Origin: Dicyema japonicum
Lineage: Eukaryota; Animalia; Dicyemida
NCBI GenBank assembly: GCA_011109175.1
Contig: RDEW01000134.1
Coordinates: 1 to 49,557, forward strand
Length of the DNA: 49,557 bases
Reading direction: 5' to 3'
In this document: positions 1-12,222 of the stretch, one piece after another
How positions within the stretch are numbered: the first letter of the stretch is position 1
Layout of the letters: every line of letters begins with the position of its first letter
Made by a program: the position numbers and the translations under genes
The notes under the pieces: generated by a model
What the model was told of the DNA's origin: nothing
What the model saw: only the letters and a program-made list of their open reading frames with translations
The model's database searches: none

Positions 1-594
1 GTTAACTTCAGAATTTCATTTTTTCTGGAAAGATTTTAATTAAGTTACAAAAATCCCTCTCCCCATATGAGGTTCACGAACGTAATAGTTGAGTGGTGGA
101 CTCAAATTGAACATGATCAGAAAGTATGAAATGGAAAATGATGAGTTTACCAAGAGCTTTTATTTTCATGGCATAATTGTTAATTGATTATAAATTTAAA
201 TTGATGATTTACGTTGGTAAACTATTACATTGTTCTTGTACAGTCCTGTGCAAATGTTACCACTGGGGTCCAGTAATTCATAAGATAAGCAAAAATGTTA
301 CTTTTATTTTATAATTTTTTTGTTTAAATCACACCATAATCGATTAACAACAATCAAACATAACGTGAATCACTCGAGAAACATTTGCTACTTAACACTC
401 AGCATTCTCTGAACAAATTCTTCTTTTTCTATGCTTCTGGTAATGCTGGTAGGAGATGGAATTGACAAAAAACTGCGCCCAAAAGAATATAAAATTATGA
501 TTCCTCAAGGCATTTTTTGTCACCCGTAGCATGCCTATATTTTTTAAAGTATTTTGTATTACTTTTAGAAAGATTTACTTTGAAATATGCTAGA

Positions 595-655
595 CTTTTT
601 TCTCCAGTTAATCCCCGTTACCGCCGTGAGAGGCAACTCCTCGTCAATCATCTTA
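595..655 (+). mobile_element. CRE-clade retrotransposon 3' stub
   Basis: FLQLIPVTAVRGNSSSII aligns without gaps to the CRE C-terminal motif (LQFISVAIVRGNA, ISLAIVRGNS) seen in other copies here. Confidence 0.55.
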
Positions 656-689
656 AAGGAGGTCATTAGACTAATACTTAAGAAAATCC

Positions 690-820
690 TTGATTCTCAC
701 TCGTTCCAGAAGAATCCTCACCCAAACACATTGATCCCTAGGACTTTGTCCAAAAAACTGAAGTCGATTCTAGAACAAATCGCCAAGGAGCGAAACTGTC
801 TTCCGAATCAAATGAATAAA
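690..820. repeat. Unclassified dispersed repeat, copy 1 (homologous to 23975-24115)
   Basis: GGACTTTGTCCAAAAAACTGAAGTCGATTCTAGAAC...GGAGCGAAACTGTC versus GGACATTGTCCGGGAAGCTGAGGTCGATTCCAGAAC...GGAGCGAAATTGTC. Confidence 0.7.
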
Positions 821-827
821 AATTAAA

Positions 828-1600
828 TTAAGGCATCTGAATGGCCATGCTATTTCCCCTAACAATAGCCAACGAGATACGTTCTCGGAACCAACCAGTC
901 TCTCGCGGATCCTTGGTCACAGCTTGAATCATGGAGTCGATCTTACGAACCAACTCATCTGCTTGGGGGCCAAGGATTCCTGACGTTTCCACCGCGAATG
1001 GAACAAAAAGATATTCCTCCGAAATTCTCTGGTACTTCCTCCTCTTTCGTTCCTCGGCCTGCTTTGAAGCATGTCCTGGGTCTGAAGCAGAAGCAATTAA
1101 ATTAAACGGGGAATAAGTATCAACACACGTCGCGTCCCAGATCAGGTTTCGTCCGTTGGCGAATGGAAAAGTCGTCATCCATCAGGGCGTTTTCCATCGT
1201 TTCGGGAAAGACCAGCAGGTTCTAACAGGCAATGGTGTCCAGTAGAGGCAAGGGAATTCTTTAATGTCATGTTAAGACAGGAGTGCCTGGGGAAACGATC
1301 CGCACTCATCTTGCATGACAAGGATGATAACCAAAAGGATCGATCCAACGTCCACAGCGGCATTTTCTTTCGGCACACAATTTAAGACCAAGACAAAGCG
1401 AGGTGGCTATTCTCACAGCCTCATCATCCAACAGGTTTCCAATTTCGGCAGATGGATAAACGTTCATCCAGGCCCCGTCGAGTGACAACTGGCTGTTTTG
1501 AGACAGGCAAGATTTTTCTGAGAACGAGTCTATGGAGTAGGAAAGACTGATCCTCATAATAACTTAATGTTGACCTGCTCGAGAAAATATTTTACAGATT
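828..1600 (-). mobile_element. CRE-clade non-LTR retrotransposon, frameshifted 3' part (CCHC finger + RLE)
   Basis: CRCG...H..C, EPAGLSRNDGKRPDG, LIWDATCVDT, RKYQ, FVPFAVETSG, ISLAIVRGNS. Confidence 0.92.
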
Positions 1601-1637
1601 TGTTTTTAGATATTCCAGAAAAGGTCTCAGATTTTAT

Positions 1638-1920
1638 GGTTAGGTGACGTGCCTCTTAAAAATGATCTCTGGAAAACACGGAGCTTATGGGTTAACCTCT
1701 CTTTTGACGTTCAACGTTAGAGGACTCTCCAACACATGGAAAAGAATAGAACTTTGAGAAGACTCTCGAGATACATAGTATCCCTTGGATATTTTTCAAG
1801 AGACAAAATTAACCAACGGGATAGAAAAACAACACGGAAATTTAATGTTAATCTTACTTCCTGGAGGTTCCAAGCACTATGGGTTGGGATTCGCTGTAAG
1901 GAAAAAAGGGTCTCTTCCAT
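1638..1920 (+). mobile_element. RTE-like LINE 5' end (start of APE endonuclease), degenerate
   Basis: MISGKHGAYGLTSLLTFNVRGL...DIFQETKL...HYGLGFAVRK; parallels the copy at 47525-47930. Confidence 0.8.
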
Positions 1921-2310
1921 CTTCTCTGATAGTAATGATTTGGAGACGAGTTCTTTATTTTGTGCTCCACTTATACGTGAAAAGACCTCATATAGTTCAA
2001 AGGAATCAGACGTGGTGATCTCTGGAGTTCTGCCAATTAAAGAAAAAATTTCTATTTGGTTGCTATCAGTCGTATAGGGAGACAGTAAATTTAGTTTATT
2101 TAGTAATGAGGTCGATAATCCTCCAAGTGTGGTGATTGGAGTTATTATTGTGGGGAGGATGTTGTTAATCAGAACTCTTTCATAAGATGCAGATATTGTA
2201 TTACATAGAAGCTGTTATTCTGGACATTTTTGGAGTTGTCCTGATTGTTTGTGACTTTATGTTCATATATGTGTGTCTTTTATCTTTTTACTACTTTTTA
2301 CTAGGATTTG

Positions 2311-2560
2311 TTATTATTATTATTTAAGCCAAAGAAACACCGTCTTAACCAATAACTAATATTCAGGTGATCCCGGCATCTCTCAATAATCGGGCCATTT
2401 TTTCTCGATGCTCCGACCGTGATCCCACGCATTTTCTATACGGACGGGGGTCTTTTTCCTTTCCTCTTTTGAAATTGCCTCCAGTTGCCTCTATGATAGA
2501 CTCGAGTGCTCTGGGGCAATTCTTTATCTCTTATCAATCCTTTTTTTGGTAATTTTTTAT
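2311..2560 (-). mobile_element. Unclassified retroposon 3' end with (TAA)n tail
   Basis: Minus strand ends GGCTTAAATAATAATAATAA, like the GCTTATAATAATAA tails of the RTE copies; body not assigned. Confidence 0.35.
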
Positions 2561-2639
2561 TGATTCTTATTTAAAATATCCCATAACCACCAAGAATGGT
2601 TAAACCGACTAGTTAACTGATCAAAATATTGATGCATAA

Positions 2640-4720
2640 ATGCGAGTGGCGTTGTCGACCATTCTACAGACATTCATGATGTATGCAAAAGATAATAATT
2701 AATTACGACATCCCAAAATATGCCAGAGAATTGCTCTTCTCTGCAAGGCTACTTGCTTTCAAAAAACCCAACGGAGGAATCCGCCCCATTGCGGTCGGGA
2801 ACTATTTTAGAAGACTTGCAGCAAAAGTAGCATCGAACATGGTGAGCCGACGACTCGGAGAGGAGTTCTTTCCTAAACAAATGGGTGTTAGTATCCAGAA
2901 CGGATGTGAGGTTGCGGTTCATGCAGCAAGGCGTTTCTTCACACAGAAAAATATTTCAAATGAATGCATTGGAATCAAGTTGGACATAACGAATGCCTTT
3001 AATTCTCTCAGAAGAGACGAAATTATGAAAACGTGTTGGAAGAGGGCTCCAAAGCTTTTCCCTCTTGTCAATCTATCCTATGGGGAAGATACGTCTTTGG
3101 TTTTTGAAAATGAAATTATTAAATCAAAAACGGGGGTCCAACAAGGAGATCCGCTCGGACCTCTATTATTTGCCTTGACCATTGATGATGTTGTGAGTTC
3201 AATTGATGCTCAGCTAAATCTCTGGTACCTCGATGATGCCACAATTGGAGGATCATTAAAGAAACATACAATTCATTACGTAAAGCGTTACCCGCTTTAA
3301 CACTTGGGCTTGGACATCAATGTTAACAAATCAGAGCTAATAACTGTCTCATATCCAACACCGACTTACTCCTATCGTGGAGTCTTTTAACGAACTGATT
3401 CCTGGGATTCCGACTGTGCCAGTTGATAAATTATATTTCCTCGGATGCCCACTCAGCGAAGAAGAACTCAAGAACTATCTACTTTCCAAAAATGAAGAAT
3501 TAACACGCCTTTCGAAAAGATTGTCATGTCTCGACTCTCACACATCTTTCTTCCTGATGAGAAACAACATCGGACTACCCAAGCTTTTATATCTACTCCG
3601 ATGTTCACCCTGCTACGAACAATATGACATTCTACTTTCAATAGACAAGTCTCTCAAGCAAACAGTCGAGTAACTAATTAACGTCCGCTTCGACGAACTT
3701 GGTTGGAAACAATGCAAGCTTCCCTCTGGATTTGGGGGTGTCGGAATGAGATCGGCGCTGGAGGTTGCGTACCCGGCATACCTATCATCTCTCTCAAGCT
3801 GCAGCCATTTGACACGGCAAGTCCTTCATAACACAATTGGACTTTGCTGGAATGAGTCATTTGACGAAACTTGTCGGAAATGGAACGGGTCCGGACTCAA
3901 AATCCCAGAAGACACAACGAAGCAAAGAAATTGGGATGACATTGTCTGCTCCAAAATTTTGGAAGACCTTAAGAAAGAAGCAAATCAACATCGTCTGGCT
4001 TGTTTGGTGTCAGCTTCAAGTCGAGGGAGTGGAGCATGGCTTGGTGCAATACCTTGCCCAAACCTCGGGACCTTTTTGGACGACGATTCTTTGAGAATTG
4101 GAATCGGACAAAGGCTGGGACTAGACGTTTGCCAGGAGCACCGATGCCGATGCGGGAAAACAGTCGATGCGAAAGGATTGCACCCGCTGTCCTGCAGAAG
4201 AAGCGCCGGAAGGGGACCACGTCATGCCGCTCTGAATGATGTGATCGTCAGAGCTCTGAAGGCTTCAGGCTTCCCAGCACAGCTTGAACCAGTGGGTCTT
4301 GATCGAGGAGATGGGAAGAGACCTGACGGGATGACCCTTTTCCCCTTCACGTCTGGAAGATCTTTGGTCTGGGACGCAACTTGCATAGACACGTTCTCAA
4401 GCACGAACATTTTTAAATCTGTTCAGACACCTGGAGCAGCTGCTTCGACCGCGGAAAACCTAAAAATCAAGAAATATTCTTGCCTCGGGGATCGCTACCG
4501 ATTTACTCCTGTTGCGACCGAATCATCGGGAGCCGTTGGTCTAATGACGGCTGAATTCTTGCAAGAACTCGGAGGATTGCTTGCCAGAAAGAAAAGGGAT
4601 CAACGAGAAGGGTTATGGCTAAGACAAAAGATCGGAATAGCCATACTCCTAGGGAACTCGTTCGCAATCCACGCAGCAGGCTTCCTCAACTGACATTTGT
4701 TTAATTGTTAAAAAAAAATT
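2640..4720 (+). mobile_element. CRE-clade non-LTR retrotransposon, 5'-truncated, RT + CCHC + RLE, split by frameshifts
   Basis: ORFs 2683-3300 (RPIAVG, KLDITNAFNS, GVQQGDPLGP, WYLDD), 3377-3673 and 3746-4693 (CRCG..H..C, RHAALN, KRPDG, WDATC, KIKKY, AILLGN); A-tail near 4710. Confidence 0.95.
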
Positions 4721-4789
4721 TTTTTAATTTACATTTATTTTAGTGAATCTTGACTCAATTATCAATTTTCGACACATTCTCTAATTCAG

Positions 4790-4930
4790 CTTGCGACGCT
4801 GGAATTTTTGAGCCGTCTAGGAAATCGGATCGCTACACGAACAGGAGACCCTCGTGAGCGCTGCTAATTATTTGAGTGAATCTCGCTATCCTGAAAAGGA
4901 ATAGCCACGCAGTCAGCTGTTATATAACCG
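4790..4930 (+). mobile_element. CRE-clade 3' stub, tandem behind the previous element
   Basis: EFLSRLGNRIATRTGDPRE...ISL...GNSHAV (degenerate C-terminal motif). Confidence 0.7.
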
Positions 4931-5389
4931 TTTACTTTTTTTTCTTTAATTAATAAAATATAATTTCTCAAATTTATTGTTGTTGTTTAATAGTAATAAA
5001 AATTTGCCTTCAAATTACAAAATTTTGTCCTCACTTTTACGTATCCGAAAAAATTAAATTTTTTATTTTTAATGTGCGTATTTTTTTTACGATTAGTGTG
5101 CAGCGAGAATTATTTCGTGAAAACCTCTGTTCCAGATACTTCTTAATTCCGCATAAATCGTTACTGAAATACAATTTTTGAATGTACTAGATGCGTCCTT
5201 GGTTAATGCCGACCTGCAATATCCCCTTATAAACCAATATTGACGTAATATAGAAAATAATGCTCCCTAGTTAATTTTAATAAATTACTTCCAAGCATCT
5301 TTTTACTAAAATTCTATTCTCATCAAAATTATAGTTATTTTTACCTGTTAGTTTGAAATTTTTCTAAGACAAAAGATTCAACTACACTG

Positions 5390-5520
5390 AAAAGCCACGA
5401 CTCACGTGAGACTCGGTGTCTTCTCCAGTTTATCTCTGTAGCAATCGTGAGAGGCAACGCAATATTGTCGGCGGGGTCCACTTTGGATGGATGGCAGTGT
5501 TAAATAAAAGAACAAATTTA
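5390..5520 (+). mobile_element. CRE-clade 3' stub (same subfamily as 19540-19612)
   Basis: DSRETRCLLQFISVAIVRGNAILSAGSTLDGWQC*; near-identical DNA on the minus strand at 19540-19612. Confidence 0.8.
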
Positions 5521-5615
5521 TGTTGTTTAAATAAAGATTCAATAAAAAGCTGTTGTTAGAAAATTCACCAGGATAGTTTCTAATAACAGTCTTAACCTTT
5601 TTCAATGACCTTCCT

Positions 5616-6720
5616 GATTTATTTAATACCCAAGACCACGGTAAACCAAACTAACTATCACTTGATCCCGATGCGTTCCACCAAAATCCTCATCTTTTCC
5701 TGGTGCTTTTCTTTCGTGCCCACACAAGCTCGTACTGGCGGCTGACTGTATTTGCAGGGCCACCTTCCCGCATGCTGGAGTTTAGTTTGACGAGGGCCTC
5801 CAGAGTAGTCGGTCCGGTTCTGTGTCTCCCACAAGTCCACCGCTCCGTGACTCTTAAAGTTTTCTTTTGTACGTCCTCGAATTTCTTGTTATGTAGGTCC
5901 CCACGAAGCACACGCGTACGAGATGCATTGTTAAATGTATTGTTTGTACATGTTCATCAAGACTGGGTGGGTACCGGTCTTCCATATTCCAAATAAACAT
6001 TTCAAAACATTGATTTTAAACTCTAACTAGCTTTACTTATTCCGATCTTACGCTTGCTTTAGGTAGTATCGTTCCTCTTGCAACATCTATGGTTTATGAC
6101 TTTGAGTGACCACCCACTACCCAAGGCCGTCAGAGTGGAACTTTCTCGTCTACGATGTGAATATCAACCTTCTCTGACGGGAGAGTATCTCTTTGCTTGC
6201 TTTGGAGCACCAGAATTCAAGGTGAAAGTAATTGATCATATGGAAGCTTCTTGTCTTAATATCGTGTTTTTTGACGGTCGGCTATTTCCTACTAGTAAAC
6301 GATGCGGGGGTTAATAATTTAACTTATTGGTGTAAAAATGACTGCAACACTAAACCAAGAATCGTCCTTATAAAACGATTATTACTGTCAAAACACATCC
6401 AACATCCTTGAGTCATTTTTGAGAGGTATTCGCCAGGTGACAGAAGCTATTTAGAGAATAGCAATCCAGAATATTATCAAAAGCTCTTGGAAACATTGAT
6501 GAATGTCCACTGTTACAGATAATATGTTAGACCAGCATTGACATATTAGAATGTAACGTGGTCAATTACCATTTTGCGTTCTTCGAATAAATTTACCAAA
6601 TCATACCAACCGATATAATCATTCCTAATCAATGACTCTTGGAGCAGTCTCACGTGAAAGACAGCGAAAATCGTGAGGGTAGCCAAAACATCTTTATTTG
6701 TGAGTCCCATAGGTGGAACC
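5616..6720 (-). mobile_element. Jockey/I-group LINE, degenerate RT through the 3' end
   Basis: SRAFDNI, EFWCSK, MYKQYI..ISYACASWG; C-terminus VGTKEKHQEKMRILVERIGIK* is homologous to VGTMENHRRRMAQLIARTEIT* at 38.65 kb; tail GGGTATTAAATAAATC. Confidence 0.75.
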
Positions 6721-6801
6721 ATCAACCAGAATATGTACAGCAGAGAGACTGTGGAACCGGATAGTCTATAAATGACTCACATCCAACAAAAAGAAAAAAA
6801 A

Positions 6802-6887
6802 GTGAAGAGCATTCTTTGGTTTTCCTAGATTACTTATAATAACTGTTCTTTACTTAAATTGTATGTCCTGCCTAAGTGGAGCTATAG
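6802..6887 (+). mobile_element. SINE family 1, diverged 3' part
   Basis: GTGAAG...TAACTGTTCTTTACTTAAAT...GTCCTGCCT..GTGGAGCTATA matches copies at 11182-11290 and 23682-23806. Confidence 0.75.
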
Positions 6888-6894
6888 CTAATGC

Positions 6895-8330
6895 AGTACG
6901 ACCCCGGTTTGGGGCAGACCCCAGGGGTGGTCCACCCTCGGTTTTTGGGGAAACCTCCACTTTTAGGGGCAGTTTTTGAAAACAGTCAATTTTTATTACA
7001 TTATTTCTTTTTGATGACTCCGGTTTGGGGCACATATTTAATTTATTTAATTACAAAATGTTATTTTATTAATTATTATTATTATTATATTATTTCACGT
7101 GTTTATTTTGATTCTTGTATGGTTCGTAAAAAGAATTTAAAGATTTATTATGAAACAAAAATTAAAATTGCTAAAGATTAAATATGGTCAATTTTCAGAA
7201 AGAGATCTCGCTAAAAGTATAAGACGAGCAAAGGCATCTTTTAAAATAATTATTAATTACAGGTACTATTTCTCACATTAAACAAAATTTGGTTTATTAT
7301 TTGACGTGGGATTAACTGAATGCGATCGAAACAAGGAATCATGCGATCCAAATAATCAATCTTCTACAAAAGATAAATTGTCTACACTAGATAGATTAGT
7401 TTTTGAAACTTTTCTACGTTTGAGAGATGAAATTCTTCCAATTTCTGGAACCATATTAAAACTCATTTCAAAAAAAATTCTACAAAATTAAATTACGAAT
7501 CATTTAAGGCATCAAATGGATGGCTCGACCGGTTCAAGAAAAGGCACGAGTTGCTATTCAAGACTATAAGTGGAGAAAAGAATTCGTCTGACCTTTCTTC
7601 AGTATCCAATGTTTTCTCTGATTGTGACAACTGTTTGGAAACTGTAGGAAGTGAAATATTTTCAACTGTGACGAAACAGCTTTATACATAAAGCGAAGCC
7701 GTCGAAATATTTTGTTCAATTTAATGACAAGTCCAATGGAATTAAAAAGAAAAAGTTTCCCTTTCTCTTTGTTGTAATGACTTGGTAAAAGTTAAAACTC
7801 TATTAATTAGAAATTCAAATCTCCTCGGTGTTGAAAATTTTAACGCCGACGATCACGGAGTACTGTTTCAAAAAATTCGTGGATGACTAGTGCTATTTTT
7901 GCGAAATGGTTATGGAAATCAAGATATGATCAATGAAAACAGAAAAATTGTTTTAATACTGGAGAATGCGAGCTGTCACAGAAATACAAAATATTCCAAT
8001 GTTCATTCACTTTTTCTTCCAAAAAATCGACCGCTTTAATTCAACCCTTCGATATGAGAATAATAAAATCCTTCAACCTTCTACTTCAATAAACTGATTG
8101 ATTTTACTTATATTTGAAAAAGAACAGCTCTGATTTGAATCTGAATAATATCATCTTAGAATCATACAGTTGTCGGGAGGCATGGAAATGATGCCAGAAA
8201 CAACGATAATTAATTGCTGCAGAAAATTACGAAACGATCAAAATTTCGGAAAATGTACAGTGGACGAATAATTAATATAAGAAGTTTGTCGACATTATTC
8301 GAAAATGAGGCGAAAGAATACTAATATACA
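6895..8330 (+). mobile_element. pogo/Tigger DNA transposon, pseudogenised transposase, one terminus
   Basis: LPISGTILK...FKASNGWLDRFKKRH..ISGE (CENP-B HTH), NCDET, SWMTS, LILENASCH, QPFD; CAGT-starting end with CCGGTTTGGGGCA repeated at 6904 and 7020. Confidence 0.88.
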
Positions 8331-8499
8331 AAAGGTATCTGTTTAAAAGATGTCTTGATACCACTCATGAATAGATCGAGGACTAGACATTCATACCTGT
8401 TGAGTAATTAAAGAGGCGCCTAATAATAAATATGGGGAATCACGAATATAATTTTTTTAAATCAGAAAAATTAAATTTCAACATATTTACCGAGTTTTG

Positions 8500-8960
8500 A
8501 TTGAGATGAATTACAACAGCCTCATCTATTTTCGGTGTTTCTCTTTCACTTCTGAAAATTGTAAGTTTCTAAAGGGGCTCCAGTTCCTCTCACAGGTTCT
8601 TTGAACGGAGTTGGCTTTAGTGGCAAGGAGAACCATTTTAGGGCTCTCGTGACTATTTCTTGAATGGAACTGATTTTCTCTAGGTTTGTATAGTATAGAT
8701 TAGTACCCCATGTCGCACAGCAGTAGCTGATTGTTGGTTGTATGTATTAAGTGTGAAGATGTTTCAACATTGAGCGGAAGCAGCTTTTGTATTATCAAAG
8801 TAGAGGTTTTACAAAATTTAGTTTTCGTTGGGAAGAGAAGATGACATTGCTTACGTGTTTGTTGAAGGTCGTATGTGATTTTGAAAATATGTAGATGGTG
8901 AATCAGTTACAAGTGTCCACCACTGGTTTTAAAATCTTTTAATAACCTAATTTTTTTGAA
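8500..8960 (-). mobile_element. LINE RT C-terminal fragment (jockey/CR1-like)
   Basis: TF..HVSNV, QPTISYCCATWG, LEKISSIQ motifs across frames. Confidence 0.6.
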
Positions 8961-9441
8961 TTAAATTTATTTAAAAAAAAACATCAACCGAGGTTCATTT
9001 AGTACCCGCCCGTATGTGTGGTTATTCCATTCAGGATGGTGTACGATATAAGCGTAATCTATAAACCAAATAATAACCCCAATTTTTATCGATTCAAATG
9101 TTTAACAGTTCAAATACATTGGACATTTACACATACTATGGTCACTCTTAGGTATTGTGGAAGCATCTCCATTCACGGGTGTCTCTGAGTCGTGAAAAAA
9201 TTGCGTTTCCAATCTCCAAGGGGATCCTTTAGCAGGGTTTGAAGGTAATTAAGAAGAAATAGGTCTCAAATTGGTTAGTATTTCTTTACTTAGTCACCAT
9301 CCGGACATTCATGTCGGAATATGTTGCTGAGAAGGCATACATAGAACCACCGACAGACTCCCACTTGGATATCAAAAAAATAAAAAATGAATTAACAATT
9401 AATATCATTAAAGAGAAGTTAGTTTTATTAGTAAAGTTATT

Positions 9442-9809
9442 TTAGTGGTACTTGGAATTCCTTTCCTTCCCTAAGAATAAAATAAATATATACTGAAATC
9501 GTCGAATCTTGCAACATAGTTAACGAATGACATAATAATCATTAGTTGTCCAAGGAATATGAAATTGGAAGACCTTCTTGTGTTGTATAAATCAGTCCAT
9601 CTGCACAAACCTCGATCGAAACACATGTAAAATGATTTAAAGGACCAGTTACGTCGGCCCAGCCATCCCCACATGTCTCCCAGCTTAACTTGGAGAAAAG
9701 GAGTATCAGCTGCTGTGATTTCTTCTAATGTACCTTTGCCGTAGTATCTGCCTGGGTTGTAAGGTCCATGTACACGCGGATTGTAACCCTCGGGATATTC
9801 GAACACCAT
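9442..9809 (-). CDS. ATP5MF: Mitochondrial ATP synthase subunit f (protostome type, about 106 aa)
   Basis: YPEGYNPRVHGPYNPGRYYGK-ADTPFLQVKLG...WLGRR; introns 9710-9733 (24 nt, or 21 nt via CAGCAG) and 9471-9493 (23 nt); spliced end RKERNSKYH* matches the insect HRNYKYH-type terminus. Confidence 0.93.
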
Positions 9810-9926
9810 AACGAAGAATTATGATTTAAATTAATTTATTTAAAAAAATTTTTTTATTTTCATATTTATCTAACTATTTTTACTATGTGTTTCCATAATC
9901 ACCATTACACCAATTCTTAAGCTTGA

Positions 9927-10241
9927 TCGACATAGCCGCGTGGCGCCATGTGGTGCTGCTGGTTAATTGGTTGAAGTTTTCTGCTTGCTTGTCTGTTCCT
10001 CCTTTCTCTTCTTATTAGAGTGGCGTCATGTGATTCAGTGCCAAGCCGGCACAAAAAAAGGATTATTTGCTCGTTCCCACTTTACTGGAGAAGTTTCCAC
10101 AACTGCATGTAATGGACGTCTTACCTTTTATGCTGATTCCGGATGGACTCTGTTTCTGTAAGTGTAAACTGGATATACTTAATTAGTTGTTTACTTTAAC
10201 TTCTTTCTCGGTGAATCCGGGGTTAATAAATTAAAAATTAA
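9927..10241 (+). mobile_element. SINE-like retroposon family 2, copy 1, with 10-bp TSD
   Basis: TTAAGCTTGA at 9917-9926 and 10242-10251; A-rich tail after CCGGGGTTAATAAA; homologous to 11905-12222 (-). Confidence 0.8.
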
Positions 10242-11181
10242 TTAAGCTTGAAAAATCATGCGGGATGGTGGCCTACTCTTTTTATATCAATATGAAATAA
10301 AATTGACATCACTTCAGTGTGAGGAATATCTTGGCAGACGACAATGTTACTAAAGTCAATGCAGTCTCACTTGGAACAACAAATGGAAAAAATTACCTTT
10401 GTGGACGTCTATGTGTCTGTATCTGGTTCTTGCCCGAAGCACTACACTATGCCAATTTATCTACTTTGGCTTCCTTGAACGACGTGATCATTGGCGGGGA
10501 TATCAAAGCCAAACACCCTCTATGGCTGGCAAGAGGAAAAGTACTACTTTCGCAGACAGGACCCTTCACAGTCATGAATGACTCGTCAAAACATACGAGA
10601 ACCCCTTTCAGGGAGTCAAGGCCAACTAACTTCTCCAGACATCACGCTTTGTTCTCCCGGCCTGGCGGCAATATCGACTTGGTCAGTCATTTACAACTCA
10701 AGAAGTGACCATAATGCCTTTTGAAGATAAAAAAAAACGTAACTAGGAGGAAGTCCCCAGAACAATTAAACTACAAACGCGCAGACTGGAGACTTTTCCG
10801 TACCCTTAATGACAACCTACTGCAGTACCTGGATAGCTTCCATGGATAAAGTTGTCGCTTATGTAAACCGCACTATCTTAGATGCGAGATCACTATCTGT
10901 ACCTTAACACCACCTTAACTACCAGGGGATGTTACAGGTCGGCATTAACCAAGGAAAGTAATCGAACTCAAAAGGTCTGGCCGATTAACTACTGAAGATA
11001 AGCTTAGATTGAAGGCTTTGAACAATGAACTAAAAAAAGGGAGGTAAAAGCACAAATATCAAGATGGAATCATGTGATCTCCTTGTTGAATAGACCCACT
11101 ACTGAAATTTGGAAGACCATCCGAGACGCCTCAAGAGAAGATGAAAGATCGTCCGAGGTGGATTACAGCCAAAAAGACTTT

Positions 11182-11450
11182 TTAAAGCCTTTTCAAGAGA
11201 GCTCCGCATAGGCAGAACACACACTTTATTTAAGTAAAGAACAGTTAATTTTAACTAATTGTAGAACCAAAAAATGATCTTCACTTCTAATCCAGTTCCG
11301 CAGTGAGAGTCCACTGATGACGGCGTCACTCGTCAAACCCTTTCTTCATGGTAGATGCGTGGAACCTTCCACCAGGTGAACAGCAGCGAAATTTGAACCC
11401 GTAACCTAAGCCACTTAAGCCCGACACCTAACCACTATGCCATTCGGCTC
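11182..11450 (-). mobile_element. tRNA-derived SINE family 1, apparently full length (about 270 bp)
   Basis: Box A TGGCATAGTGG, box B GGTTCAAATTT; head shared with 43749-43878, tail with 23682-23806 and 6802-6887. Confidence 0.85.
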
Positions 11451-11904
11451 AAACAACCTAATAAAATGCTATGTGAAAATATCTCATAAAGACCATAAGA
11501 AGTCGGATCTATCCGGAAATATCTCAGTAAACCGAAAAAGGAACCGGATACGATTCACTTCACTAAAAACGACGTGAGATATGCATTGAAAGCCATTAAA
11601 ACAACCTATTCTAACACACCGGATAAGATCCCAATGATCCTCCTAAAGAATCTGGGAGACTATGAAATCGCTGCATTAACGAGGATATTCAACCACTCTA
11701 TTAAAAATAATTATATTCAAGCTATATGGAATCTTGCCCACCTACGTCCAATTTTGAACCCAGTAAAGTAAAGAAAAACCTAGCTTCATACAGGCCGGTC
11801 GCGTTATTGTGTTCGGTGTCGAAAATCAAAAAATTTATCCCGGACTTGTCATTTCAACATGGTTTTAAAAAGGTGAGGTCTACTTCGACCCACTTATCTG
11901 CATT

Positions 11905-12222
11905 TATTTATTAACCCCGGATACACCGAGAAAGAAGTTAAAGTAAACAACTAATTAAGTGTATCCAGTTTACACTTCTACAGAAACAGAGTCCATCCGG
12001 AATCAGCATAAAGGGTAAGACGTCCATTACATGCAGTTGTGAAAACCTCTCCAGTGGAGTGGGGGAGAGCAAATGATCCTTTTTCGTGCCGGCCTGGCAC
12101 TGGGCGCCACCTAGACAGGTGGATCACATGACACCACTCTAATAGGAAGAGAGAAAAGGAACAGACTGTCGAGCAGAAAACTTCAATCAACTAACCACAC
12201 AGCACCACGTGGCGCCATGCGG
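11905..12222 (-). mobile_element. SINE-like family 2, copy 2 (inverted relative to copy 1)
   Basis: Colinear with 9932-10230 apart from a ~19-nt extra segment CACCTGTCTAGGTGGCGCC; tail TAATAAATAAAT. Confidence 0.85.

Noticed and set aside
1921-2214. 98-codon stop-free minus frame without ATG
   Set aside because: Probably a CR1/L2-type linker remnant (TDSNQI..FSLIG); too weak to call as gene or element
5430-5510. Repeat shared with 19540-19612, first taken as a Helitron terminus
   Set aside because: It translates to the CRE C-terminal AIVRGN motif, so both are CRE 3' stubs
826-5520. Spliced-leader RNA or telomeric target arrays around CRE copies
   Set aside because: No repeated unit, Sm-site/donor cassette or telomere repeat is visible at any junction
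9000-9060. HHPEWNN resembling pterin-carbinolamine dehydratase
   Set aside because: Flanking residues and motif order do not fit
9150-9260. In-frame TGA codons suggesting stop-codon reassignment
   Set aside because: The three confident genes need no recoding and end in TAA; the frame has no recognisable homology
11310-11340. CTGATGA followed by a hairpin, suggesting a hammerhead ribozyme
   Set aside because: No GAAA after stem II (reads TCAAAC), and it lies antisense to the SINE
11380-11450. Functional tRNA gene (also 43749-43810 and 48021-48090)
   Set aside because: Anticodon and acceptor stems do not pair, and the sequence continues into repeat bodies
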